A program made the position numbers and the translations under genes. A model generated the notes under the pieces. The model searched no databases, was not told the origin of the DNA, and worked only from the letters and a program-made list of their open reading frames with translations. Positions 56,970 through 64,000 of a DNA stretch of 64,000 bases are shown one piece after another. Origin of the DNA: a virus (taxonomy: Duplodnaviria > Caudoviricetes); IMG/VR virus record IMGVR_UViG_3300025073_000989; one strand, written 5' to 3'. The first letter of the stretch is position 1; every line of letters starts with the position of its first letter.

Positions 56970-59272
56970 TATGCAATCTCCCTCTGACTAACCAATATAT
57001 TACTGATATATGAGTCCTCATCTCCTGTAGAATAAAAAGCAGACTTAACAAAAATATCTTTATGTGCATTTGGTTGTATATTGTCCAACTCAACCACCGA
57101 TCCTATTTTTATATTTTCAACAAAAGGTGAGAATATATTTTTTATTATTTTTAAATCGTCAAAATACGTATAAGTAGCGCCATAGTGATATACTTCAAAA
57201 TAACCAGAAGTCTGTATTTTATCCCCAAAATTACATGTCCAATCAAAAGATTTTGGCTCTACCTCCAGTTCACTCCATGTTTTTATCCCAACAACTGGAC
57301 CACTTCTAAATATTTTAATATTTTGCCATATAGTAGCAAAGTTAAATATATGAAAAGTAGAACTAAATATAGCTTTATATAAAGAAGTAGTAACTCCGTT
57401 ATATATAACATAAAAGTCTATATAACTACTTATACCAGAATCATATATTGTACAATACAACATATTACTGTCGCTAATATATACAGGCCTGATATAGGTA
57501 GTAACCCCTAACCGTTTAAATTTAAAGCTCATTTCCCAGCAATCTCCTAATTGAAACTGTTGTATAGTCCTAGTCTTTACAACATTACCGGCTCCCTGCT
57601 GTTTCAAATATCCTAAAGAATAATCCTCAGCATCCCCTGAAATATGCTGCCAATTAGACCCATCTACAAAAGTATCGTGAAGTAAAATAGTTGAGTTTGG
57701 TTCTAAACTTATTTTTGCCCTATAGTACCTATTTCTAGGTAATAGTTCACCATTTATATTTACTTCTTTCCAAACCAAACTTCCATTTTCTCCCCACACT
57801 TGATCTTGCCTTGTAGGAAACTCTATTGTAGTATCCTCAGTGTAGTCCAATGTAAAAAAAGTTGGTATTCCTACATTGGTATATTCATCTAAATAAATAG
57901 TTTTTTTTAAGTTTCCAGTAACAGTATCTAATATTATAATTGGAGTTCTATCAAAATTATTTGTATACCCATCATAATTACTAGGCAGAGATTGCAGTAC
58001 TATACTTCTTCTGCCAGCCCACATACGATTATATCCTTGTAAAGCGGTATTAGATACAACCATTCCTCCTGAACCATTAAACCTAAAAACACCTTCAGCC
58101 CCAGAACACCAAAAACCACCATAAAAATCACTTTTCATTACATCTATATTTATGTTTAACGTATTAGATGATAATAAGTCACCAGAATTATTATACTTTA
58201 AAACTTTTTTCTCTGAGGTTTCAAACACCCAACAACCACCATCTATGTCAGAACAAACAGCCTTTGCATTTTTTAATACAAACCCTACAGTTTCGGTTCC
58301 TACACCGTTTAGGTGTATTAGTCTATTAGTTGTTTTGTTTATAAACCACAAACCATCTCCGTACAAATCAGCAGACATGTCCTGTACAAAATCAGTGTAT
58401 CCCATGTTTAATTCATAAATGGATGTGTTAAAGTCAGCACTAATGTGTATAAGCGACCTTATACTACTGCCATCGACATACAAAGCAGAACTATCTACAG
58501 CTGAATGCTTTCCGTACCCCCAATAACCATACCTACCAACAGATTCTAAAAAATAAGAAAGTCCATATTTTAGATAGTAACTGATTATATAACCATCAGT
58601 ACTACTTAATAATATACCATTTCTGTTGTATCTATATGCTCTAGATTGCCAGTGTGAATAATAATTTACATAACAAACGGTAATAATATCACCATTATTT
58701 TTATTAACACTTACAATAGCACTACTAGTAGAACCAGTAAGAGACTCATTAGTTAATGTGTTTATTGAGTTATCTTTAGTATTATATAAAACTATCCCTA
58801 AATTAGTAGGAATGTACAATTCTTCAATGGATTCTGGAGATATATCACTTCCCATAACTTCAAGAGTACAACTAGTACCGCTAGCTATTGTTGCATCTAA
58901 ATAGAAATAAGAAGCTTTAAAATTATCTATAAAATCATAGACAGGTGATACATAATTTCCGCCACTTCCTGTTTGATAGATAAAATTATCCCTTACACAG
59001 GTATTTTCAAAATGACCTAAACTCCAACTATATGCCTTGTTAAAACTCTTACCTACTAGCGTAGTGTCTTCTACATCATAGTAGTTACTTCCTGATGAAG
59101 TAGTAATTTTAAGTCTATTTTTGGTTTCCGTAGGATAAACCATAGCATAGGCATTTATTGAAAAAGTATTATTATTGTATATTGGAATGGCAACAAAACT
59201 ACCTTCTTGATCAAAGTATTCAGTTGGTAACTCCTGTTCTTTTATTGTTCCATCTTCTCCGAAACTTACCAT
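56969..59272 (-). CDS. Paralogous putative baseplate/tail protein with beta-propeller
   Basis: Shares FG.DG N-module, DGLW/GGCW/GGFW blades and C-module with 53634..56969. Confidence 0.65.
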   Translation of the reverse strand: MVSFGEDGTIKEQELPTEYFDQEGSFVAIPIYNNNTFSINAYAMVYPTETKNRLKITTSSGSNYYDVEDTTLVGKSFNKAYSWSLGHFENTCVRDNFIYQTGSGGNYVSPVYDFIDNFKASYFYLDATIASGTSCTLEVMGSDISPESIEELYIPTNLGIVLYNTKDNSINTLTNESLTGSTSSAIVSVNKNNGDIITVCYVNYYSHWQSRAYRYNRNGILLSSTDGYIISYYLKYGLSYFLESVGRYGYWGYGKHSAVDSSALYVDGSSIRSLIHISADFNTSIYELNMGYTDFVQDMSADLYGDGLWFINKTTNRLIHLNGVGTETVGFVLKNAKAVCSDIDGGCWVFETSEKKVLKYNNSGDLLSSNTLNINIDVMKSDFYGGFWCSGAEGVFRFNGSGGMVVSNTALQGYNRMWAGRRSIVLQSLPSNYDGYTNNFDRTPIIILDTVTGNLKKTIYLDEYTNVGIPTFFTLDYTEDTTIEFPTRQDQVWGENGSLVWKEVNINGELLPRNRYYRAKISLEPNSTILLHDTFVDGSNWQHISGDAEDYSLGYLKQQGAGNVVKTRTIQQFQLGDCWEMSFKFKRLGVTTYIRPVYISDSNMLYCTIYDSGISSYIDFYVIYNGVTTSLYKAIFSSTFHIFNFATIWQNIKIFRSGPVVGIKTWSELEVEPKSFDWTCNFGDKIQTSGYFEVYHYGATYTYFDDLKIIKNIFSPFVENIKIGSVVELDNIQPNAHKDIFVKSAFYSTGDEDSYISNILVSQREIA

Positions 59273-59301
59273 CTATACCCCTCTACTATTGTATGGTTAC
59301 T

Positions 59302-62300
59302 TTAAACAGTTACCAACCAGGACACCATCAAATCTGCAGTATTTTTACTTTGTTTAAATCTGCTGTCTTTATTAGTACGTATGTATAAAACTGCCTTTTC
59401 TCCTACTGGAACTCCTTCATAAACTAAAGGAAGTTGTCCGTCATAAACACCATAAAAATTATTACCATCTTTAGATATTTTTAAAAACTCATTAACTGAT
59501 ATTTTAATATCTTTATCTATATCTTCCTTGTTTATATTAAATGAGGTTTTACAATAATTATACAGTTTTAAATTATCAAAAATACCACTTCCTTCAGAAT
59601 CAGAGTTATAAGCTAAAACAGTGTTTCCTCCACCAAGCCTTAAACATGCGCTTTTACAGTTTTCTATCTCCCACGTAGTTTTGCTGAAAATAACTAACTC
59701 GCCATTCATATATAAACAAACAGTGGCGCCACTATCACTATGACTACCATCATTAGACCAAACCATAGCTAAATGAACTGGCTCCTTACGCTCTACAAAA
59801 AATTTGTCAGGTATTTCCTCAACATCCAATGCATTTAAAAAATTATAATTTGTCTTGGCGCCACCGACCCCAATCTCAAACCACTCAGACCCTTTTATTC
59901 CCAAAGATATTACTTCATTATTATTAGATATTAATGTAAATAGCGTCCTTGACATAGTAGCACCAAAAACATCTTGCCCTTGGTAATCACAATAAAGTTT
60001 TACCCAAAACTCTATAGACCCTTGGGTAAGAGTTAAATCTGATATAGGTATATCCAAACACTCATTCCAAGTAAGACATAGCCCTTTACCAAACTTAACA
60101 TCTGTTTCAAAACGGTTTCGTTCTATTTTTATAGTATCTAGTTTTAAACTAAAGGCCTCTCCAACCCCCCTATACATAATACCGAAAGACGGTATTTCTT
60201 TATTTCTAAAATTCAAAGAACTGTCTAAAAAATTATTAGGTATAGGAACAACTGCAGTATAGTTATCAAAATATAGTTTAACTTTATTCCATCCTGACTC
60301 TAGTACAATATCTTTTAATTGCCATAAATAGTATGCTCCTTTTTTATTACCAAACCCTATGGTACCAAAAGACATATCCAATCTATTTACATCTTCTATA
60401 TATAACCAAAAACTAAGCATATCCATCTCTGACCAACTTACGTCATTGATTAACGGGTAAGCCTCTATAATTTCAACAAAATCTATACCAGAAGAAGTAG
60501 GATAGTCTATATTTAGAGCCCTTCTACCTTCAACAACTTCCATGTAATCGTTACTTAATTCACTAATGTTTGAACGCCACCACCAACTATACTCTGTTGG
60601 GTTGTATATAACATCACCGTAAATAAGAAGCTTATCGATATAATCAGGGCCATAATTTTCTGAAACCCTATCATAAGAATAACCAGTAGCCGTGTCTTTT
60701 TTAATAGAAACCCACTTTATTCCTTCACTAAAAGAAGCAGAAATAGACGGAAGTTTTACTCCCCAATTACCATCTATTTCTTTATGAAGTACTCCTAAAA
60801 CTGAATAGTTGCAACTTCTATTTATAGTTAACGTACTTAGCTGTGAAGCCCAAACATCGTCAGAAAAAGTATCAGCAAATAAATCTATAACATCACTTCC
60901 ATTATATAACCTTAAACTTATTAAATTATAATCAGTAACATTATACGCCTGCCAAGAAACATTATAAAAACCTTCCTCCAAGTACTCACTTGAACTAAAT
61001 GTGTAAGTAGTTGTATCTGACGTATAAGTAAAAGAGTCTACCGAAGAATAATAAACAAAAGCATCCAAAGTTTTACTAACAAATGTAATTTTTTTTGGGT
61101 CATCTGTAACATTATTTGAATACTTAAAATACTGCTCGTTGTTATCCCACAAAGCATCCATATATGGAGCAGACATCCAAGATTTAACCCATCTGGTATT
61201 AATTACAGAATGGGATACAACATTAAACTGCTCTCTTAGGTCTACACAAATTATAGGATAATCCTCACTAGATACCTCACCACCTCCGGCCACAGATAAA
61301 ACCTGAACTTCCCTTAAGAACCCACCGTCAATAAGAACTGTTGTACCTAAAGAATCTATAGTTATATAATCACTACCGGAAATATAATCAGATATGGTAA
61401 CTCTTACACGCCTTGCTTCCGCTGGAGAAAACCTATGATAAGCAACAAAAGCATCATTATCAGATACACTAACGACCTCAGTAAAACTTCCAGATATAGT
61501 TGTACTAATTTCTATGATATAATCAGTAACTAGATAAGATACATCATTACCTATACCATGATAAATAACAACAGTATCAATTGTGTATGTGTCCCCTAAA
61601 TCTATGTCTAATGTGGGGGTGGTGTCACTAGACATAAATCCCCAACAATTACTATACCCGTACTCTGTGTGTATACCATTAACTACATTACTTGGTGACC
61701 AGGAAATAGTATATTCGCCATTGTCTATGACTACACTGGAAGATCCACTTACTGAAGCATTTAATGCTACGTTTATTTGTTCAGTATCATAGTTTGATAC
61801 TTTATTTCCCAAATATTCCCAATCGGAATTGTATGTACCTCCAAGACTATATGGTACAGATATATCAGGGTATATTCCTATTTTATTAATTATTTTATTG
61901 GAACCCCCTACTGCAACATTTATAAAATTAACCCACCTAGTATCATTTGGGCCTGGAAGAGGATCAGCGTAAGTAAGTCCACCAATATCAAAATCAGTTG
62001 TCCACAAAGCCTGACCATTAACAAATCGTATTCTGGCCAAGCTTCCTGTAAAATAAGACCAATAATCTGGCCAAAAAAAGTACCAACCGTGGTTATACCC
62101 ACCAAGCATAAAGTAATAAGGACTATCTTCTCCAACATCAAGATTTGCAACTTCATACCATGAGTTTTTTAAAACCCCGTCCCTAAAACCATAAAAATAA
62201 TTACCGTGCCTAGTAATAGCATAATGTACCCATATATTATAGCTAATTGGGCCAGTATTTATTGAACCACTTCCAGCCTGGCCTAGGTACATGTATATGT

Positions 62301-64000
62301 TTCCGCCGTTGTAATACCCAAGTCTCATATTAGTAAAGCCATTAGGCCGTAGGTTTTCGGTACTAAATGTTATTGCAGAAACATTTTCTTGTGGTGTTGT
62401 TGCATGATACTGCCACCAGTCTATTGTAAAATCACCTCTTATTCTAAAAAGATCACCATAGTCACTATGTGGAATAGTTAATCTAGAACTATCAGGCGAA
62501 CTGAAAAATACACTATAATTATCAATAGCAGGAGAAGATACTAGATGTAAACCACCATTATTAAGCGTGGTTACCTCAATCTCATTCTTAGAATAATCTC
62601 TGTAGTCCCCGTCATTAAAAGTTAAGTATAGTGTCTTATACATTCCTCCCCAAACCACATTGTTTACATCAATATCACTTGTAGTAGAATACTGCATGGA
62701 ACTATTTAGTCTTAAGTCTAACTTGTCAGATAAAGTGCCATAATTTCTTATAAAATCTAAATTATGTCGTTTTTCTAAATCTATTGCTACACAAACATCA
62801 TGTGGGCCATTCAACTTCCTTATATCAGCATCTGACCACTTGATATAGTTATCGCCATTGTCAGAACTAGTATATATCTCAAAAGTATTTATAATATAAT
62901 TAGCATCACTTAAATTACTAGGATCATTGTAGTGCTTAAATGTTATAGTGTTAATTGAAGACCCCGCACCCAATTCTATACCTAAAGCTTTTGAATCATT
63001 TAAAATCGGACAATTTATAATATGATAATCGTAGTGATACGTACTAGAACTTGATGTACTAACTTCAATTAGTACTTTACTTATATAATTAGATGGAGCA
63101 AAGTAACCACTATACTCAGTCCCGCCATTCAAAGAATACACCAAAGTATTACCTGATCTTGTTACATGTATCGTATTACGATCTGCTTTATTTATAGTTA
63201 CAGGGTCTGCATTTAATAAAAAAGTGCCAAACTTATCAGTTACATATTGAACTATATTTGAATTTACTGCACTAGCGTCTTTATAGTTTATTGTTAAAAT
63301 ATTAATATTATTGCTGTCTTTAAAATAAACAATAAAATCAGCAGTAGCATAGCTGGAATTTGTACTATCAGCGCACATAAAAAAATCTAAAGAAAATTCA
63401 AAATTCAAAATAGGAACAAAAACTGTAGAAACTTTTGCTAAAAAAGGAAACACCTGAGGATTAGTAATAATTATATTATTATTCACAACAACAAACTCAT
63501 CGTATTCTGAACTATCAGCTACCCAATCTAAATCTATATAAGCAGAAGTATCAGTATTATATAATAAAGGCTTTGATATGTCTCCTCCTTTTGTATGAAA
63601 TGCCCTATTGGACTGACTTGTATAATCAGGGTCGCTATCATAAAAAACATTTTTTATATCTACCCTATTTCCTGTAATACTTGTACAATATAAACTACTT
63701 ACATATGTTTCTCCGCCAGTTACTTTTACTTTTATAAAGTCATCAGATGTTGGAGAAAAAGTAATAATAGTTTCCCTAAACCCATCTGCTGGAGTATAGT
63801 TTAATGACCCATCAGTTCCTATAACACTGTAGTAACTCCAATTTTCGTAGTCTTCTTTTACATAAACTTTTTTACCTGCTGCCAAATTAATAAGACCGTA
63901 AGTAGGACAATTTATAGATACTAAAAAATCTCTATTTAAAATATCACAATCTTTATTCTTGCGTATAATTCCTCCAGGACCTATTTCTGGGTATAATACT
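59302..64000 (-). CDS. Very large structural protein (LamG, discoidin, CBM-like, LamG); 5' end lies beyond the window
   Basis: The frame stays open from the TTG at 63885 to the window edge; DFTIDWW, LD.DLG..Y.I..V.I.H, QGSIEFWVK. Confidence 0.72.
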   Translation of the reverse strand, partial: VLYPEIGPGGIIRKNKDCDILNRDFLVSINCPTYGLINLAAGKKVYVKEDYENWSYYSVIGTDGSLNYTPADGFRETIITFSPTSDDFIKVKVTGGETYVSSLYCTSITGNRVDIKNVFYDSDPDYTSQSNRAFHTKGGDISKPLLYNTDTSAYIDLDWVADSSEYDEFVVVNNNIIITNPQVFPFLAKVSTVFVPILNFEFSLDFFMCADSTNSSYATADFIVYFKDSNNINILTINYKDASAVNSNIVQYVTDKFGTFLLNADPVTINKADRNTIHVTRSGNTLVYSLNGGTEYSGYFAPSNYISKVLIEVSTSSSSTYHYDYHIINCPILNDSKALGIELGAGSSINTITFKHYNDPSNLSDANYIINTFEIYTSSDNGDNYIKWSDADIRKLNGPHDVCVAIDLEKRHNLDFIRNYGTLSDKLDLRLNSSMQYSTTSDIDVNNVVWGGMYKTLYLTFNDGDYRDYSKNEIEVTTLNNGGLHLVSSPAIDNYSVFFSSPDSSRLTIPHSDYGDLFRIRGDFTIDWWQYHATTPQENVSAITFSTENLRPNGFTNMRLGYYNGGNIYMYLGQAGSGSINTGPISYNIWVHYAITRHGNYFYGFRDGVLKNSWYEVANLDVGEDSPYYFMLGGYNHGWYFFWPDYWSYFTGSLARIRFVNGQALWTTDFDIGGLTYADPLPGPNDTRWVNFINVAVGGSNKIINKIGIYPDISVPYSLGGTYNSDWEYLGNKVSNYDTEQINVALNASVSGSSSVVIDNGEYTISWSPSNVVNGIHTEYGYSNCWGFMSSDTTPTLDIDLGDTYTIDTVVIYHGIGNDVSYLVTDYIIEISTTISGSFTEVVSVSDNDAFVAYHRFSPAEARRVRVTISDYISGSDYITIDSLGTTVLIDGGFLREVQVLSVAGGGEVSSEDYPIICVDLREQFNVVSHSVINTRWVKSWMSAPYMDALWDNNEQYFKYSNNVTDDPKKITFVSKTLDAFVYYSSVDSFTYTSDTTTYTFSSSEYLEEGFYNVSWQAYNVTDYNLISLRLYNGSDVIDLFADTFSDDVWASQLSTLTINRSCNYSVLGVLHKEIDGNWGVKLPSISASFSEGIKWVSIKKDTATGYSYDRVSENYGPDYIDKLLIYGDVIYNPTEYSWWWRSNISELSNDYMEVVEGRRALNIDYPTSSGIDFVEIIEAYPLINDVSWSEMDMLSFWLYIEDVNRLDMSFGTIGFGNKKGAYYLWQLKDIVLESGWNKVKLYFDNYTAVVPIPNNFLDSSLNFRNKEIPSFGIMYRGVGEAFSLKLDTIKIERNRFETDVKFGKGLCLTWNECLDIPISDLTLTQGSIEFWVKLYCDYQGQDVFGATMSRTLFTLISNNNEVISLGIKGSEWFEIGVGGAKTNYNFLNALDVEEIPDKFFVERKEPVHLAMVWSNDGSHSDSGATVCLYMNGELVIFSKTTWEIENCKSACLRLGGGNTVLAYNSDSEGSGIFDNLKLYNYCKTSFNINKEDIDKDIKISVNEFLKISKDGNNFYGVYDGQLPLVYEGVPVGEKAVLYIRTNKDSRFKQSKNTADLMVSWLVTV

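Noticed and set aside
714-62156. All plus-strand ORFs in the track (for example 10485..11027, 36366..36770, 40946..41341)
   Set aside because: Each lies antisense within a well-supported minus-strand gene, has no RBS or recognisable motif, and reads as a shadow ORF.
1-64000. Alternative genetic code (TAG or TGA reassignment)
   Set aside because: Only one internal TAG was found; long genes are intact in code 11, and both TAG and TGA terminate conserved genes at expected positions.

Overview
AT-rich, densely coding segment of a large (probably jumbo) tailed dsDNA bacteriophage genome. Essentially every real gene is on the minus strand; the plus-strand ORFs in the track are antisense shadows. 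Reading in transcription order (right to left): (1) 43.5-64 kb, a putative virion tail/baseplate/fibre module of large modular proteins (LamG, SPRY, discoidin, DUF2341, beta-propeller); (2) 32.7-43.3 kb, replication/recombination genes (beta-clamp, RecA, DnaB, DnaG, SSB, DnaJ, RuvC, Cas4/AddB-like nuclease), with an internally deleted IS605-type element between dnaB and dnaG; (3) 13.6-32.7 kb, an unusually large soluble glycan-synthesis island (FnlA/RmlD/FnlC-like acetamido-sugar pathway, about nine glycosyltransferases, a C-methyltransferase, four other SAM methyltransferases, a formyltransferase and a NodB deacetylase), interrupted by thyX, a homing endonuclease and a 235-bp protein-less TnpB-omegaRNA-like mini-element; (4) 0.4-13.1 kb, DnaX, family A polymerase, dUTPase, class II RNR, nucleotidase, nucleotidyltransferase, SemiSWEET-like protein and RNase HII. 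A second copy of the mini-element's 63-bp left end interrupts a gene at the window start. No tRNA, rRNA, CRISPR array, capsid, terminase or integrase is visible. All family calls come from motif recognition by eye, not database searches.
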